Source: Eledone cirrhosa (Eukaryota). Taken from it: a stretch of DNA of 64,000 nt. Of this stretch, positions 40,094-52,055 are shown piece after piece. Location of the stretch: positions 42,222,001-42,286,000 of the forward strand of contig OZ024747.1 of assembly GCA_964016885.1 (NCBI GenBank), written 5' to 3'. Below the pieces are notes generated by a model. The model saw nothing but the letters and a program-made list of their open reading frames with translations. It was not told the DNA's origin and searched no databases. Numbering within the stretch: the first letter of the stretch is position 1; each line of letters opens with the position of its first letter. The translations under genes and the position numbers were made by a program.

Positions 40094-40432
40094 ATGCTAA
40101 GGATGGCTCTGAACATTAATCAGTATACACTGAGGATGAAAAACTCAGAGCTGTATGGGAGCCTCCCAAAATTCAGCTCAAAAGTGACACAGAGGAGACT
40201 GAGGTTGGCTGGACATGGCCACCGACATCCAGAGTTGACATTGCACTCAGTGCTCCTGTGGGAGCCCCTACATGGACACACTGGAAGAAGAAGACCAAGG
40301 TTAACGAATGTTGATGCCCTAAGGACAGACACTGGCCTGTTGGAGACGCAGGACATGGCAGCTATAATGAGGGGCAGAGACCGCTGGAGAGAACTCGTCC
40401 ATAGATCTCGGGAATTTTACCCGCCCTAGAAA
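40094..40432 (+). mobile_element. RTE LINE 3' fragment
   Basis: MLRMALNI...RRLRLAGH...GRRRPRLT...RDRWRELV. Confidence 0.75.
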
Positions 40433-40441
40433 ATATATATA

Positions 40442-40577
40442 TAACGAAGGAGGTGTGGTGAGGAACCAGATGGGCCATAACGCACCAGAGTACACAATAC
40501 TTAGGGTAGTAGAGTGGGTAATAGGAAATAGCCGTCGAAACGGCTTGAGCTCTGCCGTCGGGGTCAAACGCTTTCCT
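40442..40577. mobile_element. Fragment of the same hammerhead element: inverted tail joined to a plus-strand hammerhead 3' half
   Basis: 40442-40527 matches the reverse complement of 10780-10863, then gccgtcGAAACGGCttgagctctGCCGTCgggg. Confidence 0.7.
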
Positions 40578-40601
40578 ATATATATATATATATATAAATA
40601 C

Positions 40602-40694
<93 letters not shown>

Positions 40695-40728
40695 AATTCA
40701 GGAATTTTATATTCTTTGAATGAAAAGA

Positions 40729-40812
40729 ACCTTCTGACGAGAATCTTTCTTTGCAACGAAGGCCGTATGGTCTCCGTTTTATTTTTGGGATTCGAAACCG
40801 ATCGGTAAAGGT
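40729..40812 (+). ncRNA. Type I hammerhead ribozyme, intact consensus
   Basis: ACCUU CUGACGA GAAUCUU...GGGAUUC GAAA CCGAUCGG UA AAGGU: stems I, II and III and the core are all present; predicted cut after GUA at 40807. Confidence 0.88.
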
Positions 40813-41212
40813 AACTATAGTAGGTAAAGTCAATTTTTTAAAATTTATTTTGAAACTTTTTCATTATTTGCTAAACCTTGTTTATATTTGTTCTGGCTCG
40901 TTAATTTATTAACCCGCCATTGAACCACACTGGCATTTGGTTGGACAATACATGCGTACCTTGGCGCCTTGTGCGTGAAGGAACGTATATCCTATTACTA
41001 CTACCTCCACTAATGTTGAGAACAAATTTGGTCGTTCTGACTGCTGCTAGCAATAGCTGTGGCTAGTTTGACCTACCTTCCTTCTGCCTCTATCTTTGCT
41101 TCGGCCCTTGATAAACCTGTTTCTACATCATCCACTCTCATCCCAGGAACAGTTTTGATAGCGCTAGTTTGTGATTTAAATTCAGGAATTTTATATTCTT
41201 TGAATGAAAAGA

Positions 41213-41296
41213 ACCTTCTGACGAGAATCTTTCTTTGCAACGAAGGCCGTATGGTCTCCGTTTTATTTTTGGGATTCGAAACTGATCGGTAAAGGT
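41213..41296 (+). ncRNA. Type I hammerhead ribozyme, second copy
   Basis: Identical except stem III CUGAUCGG (U-G wobble); predicted cut after 41291. Confidence 0.85.
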
Positions 41297-41363
41297 AACT
41301 ATAGTAGGTAAAGTCAATTTTTTTAAATTTATTTTGAAACTTTTTCATTATTTGCTAAACCTT

Positions 41364-41427
<64 letters not shown>

Positions 41428-41428
<1 letters not shown>

Positions 41429-41527
41429 AAAATATTGTTATTCTCCATCGAGTGCTAAGCTGTATTCCGAATCTGCATTCGTTAGCTTAGCCGCAGCCAA
41501 AAGCTTCGTTAATGCTGTACTAAAATT

Positions 41528-41573
<46 letters not shown>

Positions 41574-41671
41574 AAAATATTGTTATTCTCCATCGAGTGC
41601 TAAGCTGCATTCCGAATCTGCATTCGTTAGCTTAGCCGCAGCCAAAAGCTTCGTTAATGCTGTACTAAAAT

Positions 41672-41674
<3 letters not shown>
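41428..41674. repeat. Two ~103-bp direct repeats separated and flanked by (TA)n
   Basis: 41428-41529 matches 41572-41674 with about one mismatch; internal hairpin gctaagct...agcttagc. Confidence 0.9.
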
Positions 41675-41703
<29 letters not shown>

Positions 41704-41745
41704 TAATTTATCGTGATATATATATAAGTTTAGGAATAACCAACC

Positions 41746-41973
41746 ATAAAACGGGTCCGCAATATCTGCTATTTCTCCCAATCTTCACGTTCGGTTACGC
41801 AACCCAACGTCCCATGTGAAATACACAGTATGGCCTAGTCTGCATCGGGCTATGGTATGCCACTTTAGCCAGATGCACACTGGGCCATACTGTGTATTTC
41901 ACGTGGGACGTTGGGGTTGCGTAACCGAACGTGAAGACTGTGAGAGATAGCAGTTATTGCGGACCCGTTTTAT
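41746..41973. repeat. Foldback/MITE-like hairpin with ~105-bp imperfect arms
   Basis: ataaaacgggtccgcaata... / ...tattgcggacccgttttat, short loop near 41850-41866. Confidence 0.9.
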
Positions 41974-42811
41974 TTCCACTTCCTTCATTGGAGTGCCAGC
42001 AGTGCATGTACACTGCTTTACCTCACTTCATTGTATTCTGTTTTGGATTTAAGGTGTTTGTAGCAGACTGCCTCTGTGGAAAGATCCTCTATGCGCGTAT
42101 TTGGAAACCTAGTATTATGTCGCCTAATACTTGGAACTGGAACCAATGGATAGAAGGTGGTGGCCGAATATGGAGAAATCAACCTGTTACAAGGCGATAC
42201 TACTGGACTGCACCATTTTTCCTATAAACAACTCTGCCTGTAAAGCTGCACCACAGCTAACCAACTTTTCTATTTACTGACTCCTGCTTACAAGCTTTCA
42301 TACTCTGCCTTTAAATCATGTACTTGCACTGCTTGTGAATTGATGTATCTATGCTTGGTTTGTTTTTTGATCATGCTGAGTAACAACCTCATTCATTTCT
42401 TGCTCTCCTCTCTCAACCTCCTTATGATCTATTGCACCATTTATGTGATAATCTTTTGATGTAATTTTTTATGATGTAATTTTTTTATGATGTAATTTTT
42501 TTGTGACATTATATGTATCATGTATTGTGTGCCCCCCTACTTGTCCTTCTTCCTTGTTCTGGTGACTAGGCTCGATGGAGCCTGCAACCTTTGATATACT
42601 TTTGTTTATAGGCTCTGATAATTCCTGCCCTAGGGTATGGATGAAACACTGTTAGCAAATAAAACAATGTATTTCTAAGCACTCTTTGGCTATTCCTAAA
42701 CTTATAACGGCTCTGTAGTATACTAGTTATCCTACATTGAGCTAAAACCACACTGTCATACCAAGGACAATATATCTGTGTATCTGTGGACATTAGTATA
42801 ATTGTCAGCCA

Positions 42812-42879
<68 letters not shown>

Positions 42880-42885
<6 letters not shown>

Positions 42886-43346
42886 CAGGTTTCTAACATA
42901 GGCAAGACTCTTTTATTGGAATTTTATTACTACACAGGTTCGTGTATGTGTATGTGTGTGCGTGTATGTGTGTGCAGGTATAGATATTATTGTATGTGTG
43001 GATCTGTATGCTTTGAGTTATATGTGTACACTTGAACATGTTTTGTATCTGTACATGTGCACATGCAGTTATTACATGCAGAATCTTTGGAATGTTTTAC
43101 ATATTTTTACAGTTCCATTTATGAATTGTACTTGTAACTTCCTAACTAGTCGTGTTCTTGCTGATTCTGTGAAGCCCTGTTTTTCAAGATTTGTATTGGG
43201 GCAGTTAGTAACATATCCCAGAGCGGCCAAAGTCACGGGTATTAATCTGAAGGCATAGTCAGGGTGCAGTATTTGCAGATTCCTCTTTAATTCTGCATAG
43301 ATGTTCTCCTTTTCGCTAATCTTTGATATTATATTAGCATCTGCTA
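42880..43346 (-). mobile_element. R4 family B-related 3'-end fragment
   Basis: ADANIISKISEKENIYAELKRNLQILHP...VKICKTF plus the 3' UTR. Confidence 0.85.
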
Positions 43347-43402
43347 AAACCATTATATATATATATAGGGTCTCAAAAGTCACTATCTATTTTGAATAGT
43401 AC

Positions 43403-43475
43403 ACCAAGAGGAGAAAGTCCTTCTGATGACGATTAATCAATCTGAAGTGGTACCGTCAGGGTGCTCTTCTTTGGT
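43403..43475 (+). ncRNA. Degenerate type I hammerhead
   Basis: ccuu CUGAUGA c GAUU aauc AAUC u GAAg UGGUACCG UC aggg; next to (TA)n. Confidence 0.55.
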
Positions 43476-44199
43476 TGCTAAAAACAACGGTGACATCATC
43501 ACCGTTTTTTAAATTCATAGCGAGGCTACAAACATGTTTATTTATGGGAACATTTCGTATCTGATTTAATATACAACCCTGGTCAGCCCCCACCCCACCC
43601 CCACACACACCACACAAACAAACAAAGAAGCACACACACACAAACACACTCACTCACTTATACACACGCATGCTTCATGTACAGAGAGCAAAAGGTGTCA
43701 AGTTTAAGAGAGATATAACAACAATAGCAATAACAACAATAAGAACAGCAACAAAAGCAATAACAACAATAACACACCTTATTTGATAAACAAGAATAAT
43801 TTCATATTGCGGTAAACAGATCACGTTTTTGCCTATTAATATGTTTATCTGGTTTCATGCATGTTAGAGCTGAGAGGCGGCAGACCTTACACCCAGATAG
43901 TCCCAACTACTGCCAACCGACACCCCAATATCATATCTTACCCCACGCAGGTGTGGCATAGTTGTGTTGGTATTGGTTGAAATGACGGAGAAGACTGGCT
44001 TTTGATCTTAATTTTAAATGAAACCTGTCTGGTCATTTGATACGTCACTTACCACCGTCTCATTAATTCCAGCTTCTTTAAATAACAGTGCTTAAATATT
44101 AGCCATGGTTTTGCAGAGAGCAACGTGGAAGCCTAAACACCTGCTTGCTTGAAATAGCAGTCAAATCTCTCAAAAGCCATAGAAAAATTTTTTAATAAA

Positions 44200-44376
44200 T
44201 GTTTCTACTTTTTGGCACAAGGCCAGCAATTATCCAGTACATTACTGGTACTTTATTTTATCGACCCCGTAAGGATGAAAGGCAAAGTTAACCTCGGCGG
44301 GATTTGAACTCAGATCATAAAAGGGACATAACTATGCTAGAAAGCATGGCGTCTGACCCTCTACCGATACTGCCAA
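44200..44376 (-). mobile_element. SINE
   Basis: Reverse complement of the consensus. Confidence 0.85.
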
Positions 44377-45304
44377 TTATGTTAATAACATTGCATAATG
44401 TGTTCGTAGATTTGATTTCATTGACATTTTAAGGATTTCTTTATCGTTTAATTAAGGAGGGAAAGGCAGCAACCATGACCATTTATTTTCATGGTCTCGG
44501 AGATGACCTGGCTCTAATGCTTGCAACAGAATGAACTTCGCTAACGTACGAGCTGCGGGGGGGGGGGGGGTGTAAAAACAACCATGTTGGAGGTGGAAAA
44601 AGGGCAACAATCACGAGCCTTTTTGGGGGGAAAGCTAAAACTAGTGGAGAAAGAGGTATAAAATTACAACTGACTGGTTACTGCTGTTGGGTTGAACGCA
44701 TTAGAGTATTGATTAAGATTAGAGACCTGGTCGAATGTCCACAACTGAGTGGACAACGTTAAACAGCTAAATGCACAAAATTAAACAACAGAATGGACAA
44801 CGTTAAACAGCAGCGTGAACAACGTTAAACAGCAGCGTGAACAACGTTAAACGACAGATTTAACAACTTTAAAGATACAAAGGCTCAGATGTTCGTATAA
44901 AATCGAGTGATGAATTAAATCTAGCAACCAACAGATACACTATGGCTCCGAAAAAAGAACGCGATGGTCATAGCTCGGAGCAGAATAATAGTCGATCACT
45001 ATAGCTGAGAAAATCTGGTAAATACCTCATATATTATTCATAGTGATCGACTATAGTCATTTGCTTTGGGACATGGACATCTGAAATTTCAAATTTTGCA
45101 ATGCTTCTTTAGTCAACCCTTTCGTTTACATTTTTAATTACAGGTTTAAAATCCGGTAAAAAGAGGGAATTTGTTGTGTAATGGTTAACGCTCTTGGCCA
45201 GTATCCGATAGATGTAGTATTTGTTTTCTCACAGGAACCTCTCTTCACCTTTTTTCCGTTTCTAGGGGCATTTACCCGATTTTCTCTACTATTATTGATA
45301 GAGA

Positions 45305-45815
45305 TCGATTACCACCAAACTATCGCTCTCTCTATATCTACCATACAACACTCTCTCATACTCTCTCACTCTATCCATCACTATCAAACTCTCCCCCTCT
45401 CTATATCTATTAATACATATCACTATCAATCCTTAAACTCTATTCATTTCCACCAAACTCTCATCCTCTCTACATCAACCATACAACACTCTCTCCCAAT
45501 CCCCCTCTCTATACCTACTACACGGAACTCTCTTCCAATCCCCCTCTATATATCAATTAACACCAAACTCTCCCACCTATCTATATCTATGACATGGAAA
45601 TCTCTTCTAATCCCCCTCTCTATACCAGTTAACACCAAACTCCCCCTCTCTATATCTACTACACGGAACTCTCTTCCAATACCCTCTCTATATCAGTTAA
45701 CATCAAACTCTCCCCCTCTCTATATCTCTAACAAACTCTCCCCCTCTCTATATCTCTAACAACCTCTCCCCTCTCTCTATCTACACCTATCTCTTCCAAC
45801 ACCCCTCTCTATATC
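45305..45815. repeat. CT-rich degenerate minisatellite (ctctctatatc cores), resuming at 51501-51680
   Basis: The same motifs lie on both sides of the Tx1 insertion. Confidence 0.8.
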
Positions 45816-46007
45816 AAAGACGTGATTTACTTTGCTCCGGATTTTTGCGGATTGTTGTAAAAAAGAACTGTGAGTTTATTGATCAATTTAATAACATTGT
45901 TTGGTTTAGCCCCTTGCCTTGGCCGTCAGACGTTAAGTCAACAAATTTTCGCCCCTTTCTGGGGCGAAATTTTCAATTTTCATCTAAAAACTGTAGACTT
46001 GGTGGCA

Positions 46008-47782
46008 ATGGATGCCATTTCCACCTCGCACACTGTCGTGAGTGCCACGCCCACTAAGAAAAGTGGTGGAGGGAAGGTAGGAGTACAAAGCTTGCAGCCG
46101 TCCCCCCTCGCATCATCGAAAAACGTGGAAAATATCGAAACCGCGAAACCAAATCCGGCAAATAATACCAGCACCAACAACAAGAACAATGACAACAACA
46201 CCACAACCAACAACTGCAACAACAGCAACACCAATATTACCAACAGTGACAGTAACACGAAAGACAACAACACCAAAACAACATTTGCACAGACCGTAAA
46301 AAAAAACGAACTATACACGCCAATAGACATAACAAATGCTAAACAACTATTACAAGACGCAAAACAATTCGTGACTTTTGGCGAAAACGGTGCTTTTAGC
46401 ATCAATTCTCCACAGGAATTACGTAGAGAGGCTGTCCTGAAAACTGTGGTTTTCAGGACAATATCGAACGTAACAAGAAAACCAGCTCAATTATCACAAA
46501 ATGAAATTGAGCTGGTTCTAAAAGACGCAATGAAGGACTTAACCTTTATACAAAAAGGTAAACTGTTTGGTAGCATTTCGGTGCTGATGAACAACCAGTC
46601 AACAGCTCAAAAGTACTCGATAGCACCCATTGTGTCCCCCCACTTCACCTTTTACCCCACATACAGGGGGAAAAGGACACAAAGAATAAAAATAATGAGT
46701 ATCACACCAAATGTAAACATTTGGTGGATACTATGTGGAATAATAAACTTTGATGAAGACAAGATAATTTCAATAGGAAAGTCCTCCGGAGGTGTATTTG
46801 GTGGGACCAGCGTAGAAGTTCTGGTGCAAATGAACCCAGAACGAATAGCGAATATCCCACAACGCGTGCCTCTGGACGGGCTAACTTATATAAACATTTC
46901 AGTGGAGGGAAGGCGGCCGTCATGTTACCACTGCTTAAGCAGGGGTCACCTGAGGGCTGCCTGTCCTCAATTAACGAGTAAAAAAAGAAAGAAAAAGACT
47001 CTTCTGCCAACCCCGAACACAACAACACAACCACCACCACCACCACCACAACAACACGGAAAAATAACAACACAAAACACTGTTCCACCCAACCCCTCCC
47101 CACCTAAAACAAATACAAAAGCAACCACAACAAAACCCCAAAATATATCCCTCCTCAACAACACGGAAGAGGACTCCGTATCAACGTCACCCAGTGACGA
47201 CGAGGGAGAACCCTTTCAACAGGTGAAAAGGAAAAAAAAAAGGCACCACATTAACAAAAATGCCACAAACACACAACCACCAGCACAAACAGAAGAAACA
47301 TCACAAATAAAAAACCCACCCCTCCCCAAAACATAACACGTACTATAAAACGCAAACACCCGCAAGAACAACAAACAAAAACAAACACAACACAATAAAA
47401 ACTCTATACATACATTAACAAGAACAATAAAACGTTGATGAAAGCGATAGAAAATAACCCTTCGGTGGAAACCGAAGGGATCACTTTCACCTACGCAGCG
47501 AACAAACCGCACCTAATGATGATTAAGGTCCCAACGGAAACCTATGTAACTTTGAAAAAGAACCATCCAATGCATGTGGGGACCAACTGCACCAAACCAC
47601 ATAACAGCGTCCTATTGAGATGTTTCCCCACCCCCACACCAGACACCCACACCCCACCAAACACCCTAATCCCACCACACACTGATGTCCTCACCCCACC
47701 ACAAACCACCACCCCACCAAACAACCTTTCCAACACCCCCATGGAAATTGTGCAGCCTGGTCCCCAGGAGACGAAGAGGTAA
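46008..47782 (+). pseudogene. Tx1 ORF1 (gag-like), disrupted near 47336-47435
   Basis: VEGRRPSCYHCLSRGHLRAACP zinc knuckle, Asn/Thr/Pro-rich linkers, FQQVKRKKK motif. Confidence 0.8.
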
Positions 47783-47824
47783 GTAATTTCCTTTCCTCTT
47801 CCTTTTTACCTCTTCAGCACCAAC

Positions 47825-50800
47825 ATGGCCAATATAAGAGTTGGATGTGTGAATGCACGCGGCTTGGGGATGTCCTGGAAACAGGGCAAACTCTTAAATG
47901 ACCTCACGTCGCACAGAGTGGATGTAATCGTTATTTGCGAGTCCAGGATAAGCAGCGAGCGCCAACTGGCCCCCATCTTCGACGACTTTGAGATCTACGC
48001 ATCTCTCTGTCAGCAGAGGGGTGGGGGTGGGGTTGTCGTTCTGCTGCGAAAATACCTGGGTCTTGCCACACAGAAGGTACACCTGGACCCGGAGGGTCGA
48101 CTGGTGGTTTTAGACGTCGGCAGTGGTGAAGGTGGAGCTTTCAGGCTGGTGGCAGCGTATGCCCCATCGGGGACACCGCGACCGGACTTCTTCCGACGCC
48201 TGGAGAATTTCCTGGGAAGGTCTCGCTCCTTGCTTTTAGTGGGGGACTGGAATGGTATCCTGGATGCACGTTGGGACTATGTAGGGGCATGTCCCGATAG
48301 AGGGGGTGTAACAGCCTCAAACGATTAATCGGCCGATTTGATCTGGCCGATAGATATCGACTGGATTTTCCGACTGTGCCACGGTGGACGTGGAGTAATC
48401 GCAGCGGAACATCCAGGTCGTACCTAGATAGGTTCCTAGTTAGAAATAAGGATAGGGACATATTAAGCTGTCCACGAATGTTCATGGTTGACTATTCGGA
48501 TCACAAGTTGTTGACCGGAGTGGTCAACCTTGATAGAACTCATAGACAGGGACCCGGTTACTGGAAGCTAAACTTGTCTTTACCGACAAACAAAGCTTAC
48601 AGTAAGCGGATTAGCACACTAGTTAAGAAGCGTTTGACAGGGGCAATTGTCAACAACAGGTGGTGGGGATCTCTCAAGAGAGAAATTAAAATAGAATCCA
48701 TAGGTTTTAGTCGGGAATTAGCATCAGGTAGGAATAGAACTGAAAGGGAATTAACAAATAGAGTAGAAGAGGCGATTAGGAGTGGCAACGTGGCCGGCGT
48801 GCTGGCGTCAAGAACGGCCCTAGACCAGTTCTTTGATGCGAAGCACGAGGGCTGCGTTGTCAGGAGTAAAATACGTGCTCTGGGTAACGAGGGAGCCAAA
48901 GCTGTTAGCTGGGCCCGAGTGACAGAGGCAAAAAGTGGAAACAAGTCCACGATTCGGTCTTTGAAGGACCAGGATGGACGCGTGATCCTTGAACCTGTAC
49001 GGATGAGCGCGGCCTTTCAACGGCGCTTTGCACGACTGTTCGGGAGGGGCGGCGGGCCGGGTGGGGCCATGGATTTCGGTCCATACCTCGACGGTCTGGC
49101 GCGGCTCTCGGACGAGGAGGCGAAGTCCTGCGAGAGGCCGATTTCAGCCGCTGAAATAGGGGAAGCGCTGAGCCAATGCAGCAAACGCAGATCTCCGGGT
49201 CTCGATGGTCTACCATACGAACTTTATGTAGCGATGCCGGGCTTGTTCTCCGGTCTCCTCGAGGCGGTCTACTGCAACTGGCAACAGAACGGGAGAATTC
49301 CCAGTTCTGTGACCAAGGGCGTAGTCACGCTGGTGAGGAAGGACGAGAACAAGGGGGATGACATAGATAACTTCAGGCCCATAACTCTGCTAAACACAGA
49401 GTTAAAGATTTTGGCGAAGGTGTTAGCGAAGAGGTTGGCGCTTGTCGTCGGGAACCTGGTGGGAGAAGCGCAGACATGCGCAATCCCGTCCAGGTCCATA
49501 CACGACAACCTCCACCTCATGCGATACATCGTAGAGAGGGTAGGGAACGAACCCGGCTTTGGTGGGGCCCTGATCAACTTGGATCAATCTAAAGCGTTCG
49601 ATAGGGTTGACCATCGGTACCTGGATGCGGTGCTCGCGGCGTCAGGCTTCGGACCCGTTTTCAGGGGCTGGATTGCTGCAATGCACAGCAGCAACACCTG
49701 CTCGAGGGTCAAGGTGAACGGCTACCTCTCGGAGCCGTTCCAAATCACGCGATCCATTCGACAGGGATGCCCTCTCTCCTCCCTCCTGTATGTGCTGGCT
49801 CTCGAGCCACTACTGAGGAAGCTGGAGCTGTTGCAGGGCATCCCCTTGGAACCGCGATTGCGGAAAGCGGTGTCGGCCTACGCCGATGACGTGACACTAA
49901 TGGTGTCGTGCGCCTCGGAATTCGGACAGATCGGCACCTTACTGGAGGAATATGAAAGGTTCAGAGGAGCCAAGCTGAACCGGGATAAGTCCGTCGGTTT
50001 GCAACTCGGGACGTGGAGGGTCAAAACGATGCCCTCCGACGGCATCGTCGGATGCTGGACGGAGGGACCGGTGAAGCTGCTCGGGGTCTGGTTCGGACCG
50101 GACATCCAGGTGGAGAAAAACTGGGACGAGGTAACGGGCAAGGTGTTTGCACTCGCCCAGAAGTGGGCCGAGTGCAAACTATCCCTGAAAAGTCGAGCGG
50201 AGGTGGCGAACGCTTATATAGCGTTCGTCATCTACTACCGCTTGACCGTCGTGTCTTGCCCAGAGAAAACACTCGCCAAAATGGAGCGCGCGCTCTTCCG
50301 ATTTCTTTGGAAGAAGCGGGCTCCTTTGGTGAGAAGATCCATCTGCTGTCAACACCCTTCGAACGGAGGGCTGGGGATGCCGTGGCTGACGATGCGTAGA
50401 CACGCATTAAGGCTACGGCACCTCCAGGTATTCCTCACCGGTCAGCCGGTGTGGGCCCTGTTTGTGAGGCGAGCCTTTCCGAGACTCGTCTCACTCACCG
50501 AGCTGCAATCCTGGGTCAAGCAAAGACCGAGAAAAGTGGGCGACTGGCACATTGAATGTGCCCAGGCGCTCACGGCCCTCTGGCAAGCGGATCCGGCAAT
50601 CAGTGGAGACTCAACCTCAACATTCTATAGAGGGTTGGTTCGCAGTAAGTGCGACGACGCTCTCGGAGAGGCTCTGGGCATGGAGGAAGACGAGCTGGCC
50701 AGTCTGTTCGGTAGGACGTTTGGCCCGGGACCGATGGACAACTTCCAAAAGTCCCTGGCTTGGCAATGTTACCGAGGAGCTCTACCCGTTCGGGACAAGC

Positions 50801-51261
50801 TCTACAGACACGGGCGCCCGGGTAGGGACCCCTCGAAGAAGATCTGTCCAAGATGCGTGCGTGACGAGGAAACCGTCGCACACGCATTCGTACACTGCCC
50901 GGGCGTTGCTGACCTGTGGGGCTATGTAGAACGACTACTATCGCGGGTGGGACCAATCCGGTTGACCACCGAGAACATTGTCACAATCAAACCGCCTCCC
51001 CCTTTCAAAAACGAAGGAGAGGCGGTTTTCCTCTGTGTGATAGCCATGGCGAAAGAAGTTGTATGGTGGACAGGGTTGAAAGGGCTGAGGTCAGACACCT
51101 ATCTCTCCGGCCAACAACTGGTCTTTTTTTTCAAGTACCACTTTAGAAGAAGGATCAGAATGGAGAGAGAGGTGCTCTACCCCAGCAAGTTTTATGAAAG
51201 ATGGGTGAAAGTAGCGAGAATGGCCCGAGTGAATGGGCCTTCTCTCTATATCAGCCTGTAG
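47825..51261 (+). pseudogene. Tx1 ORF2 (AP endonuclease plus reverse transcriptase), one frameshift near 48310
   Basis: VGCVNARGL, GDWN, SYLDRFL, SDH, GYWKLN, NFRPITLLN, QGCPLS, YADD, CPRC...ETVAHAFVHC. Confidence 0.93.
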
Positions 51262-51993
51262 ATGAGAGAGGAGAAGAATGAGAAGAAGAAGGAAGCACCC
51301 GCTCTTTGTGCTCCTGAAGAGGAGGGTTGCACATTTTTCGGGGGTGTGTGCGACCCATGTCAACGCCCCTCCCTATTGAGGACATCGATTGTTAAATTTA
51401 ATTTGTTATATGTTTTTTTACACGTCTTTTTAAATGTATGTAAACTCCCCCCTTTGTATTTGTCCCAATCTTTGATGCCCTGGTGGCAAATAAATAGAAA
51501 TATATATCTACCATACAAAACATTCCCTGAATCCCCCTCTATATATACATTACCAACAAACTCCCCCCTCTCTATATCTACTATACAACACTCTCTTTCA
51601 CTAACCCTCTCTATATCAATTACCACTATATGTCTACCACGACACTGTCTCTCAATGCCTCTCTCTCTATCAATTACTCTCAGGTCTTGAATAATCATCC
51701 ACCCCCATTTACTAATTTTCAGTGCCCGCCTTTTATCAAGCCGCCATTTTCCTGCTTATTAAAGTTTGCTAATTTTTCTCCGGTGAAATTTTATTGTAAG
51801 TGATTCATATCAATTCGGCAACTGGAGAATCTAATAACTTTATTTTACATTAAAAAACGTTATATATGACAAAAAAAGAACATTACAAGAAATCCCATAT
51901 TTACAAACGCACTATATACAATTACCGACCCCCACCCCCGCTTATAAGAATTCAAGCAAATGTCCAACCCCCCCTATTATTTGGGACCTGACA

Positions 51994-52052
<59 letters not shown>

Positions 52053-52055
<3 letters not shown>

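Larger units (their letters stand above)
40690..41370 (+). mobile_element. Retrozyme-like element: two ~198-bp direct repeats, each with a hammerhead; 484-nt unit; between (TA)n tracts
   Basis: 40690-40888 is nearly identical to 41174-41370. No credible ORF. Confidence 0.8.
45816..51500 (+). mobile_element. Tx1-clade LINE, near full-length
   Basis: ORF1 with a CCHC knuckle, ORF2 APE-RT-CCHC, 3' UTR ending aaataaatagaaa; short TSD (tatatc). Confidence 0.93.

Noticed and set aside
44750-44870. Short tandem repeat as a coiled-coil coding exon
   Set aside because: The unit is 22 bp, not frame-preserving, and introduces stops.
45181-45759. 192-aa ORF
   Set aside because: Translation of the CT-rich minisatellite.
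48597-51146. Antisense and alternate-frame ORFs over Tx1 ORF2
   Set aside because: Shadows of a GC-rich coding region; no recognisable domains.
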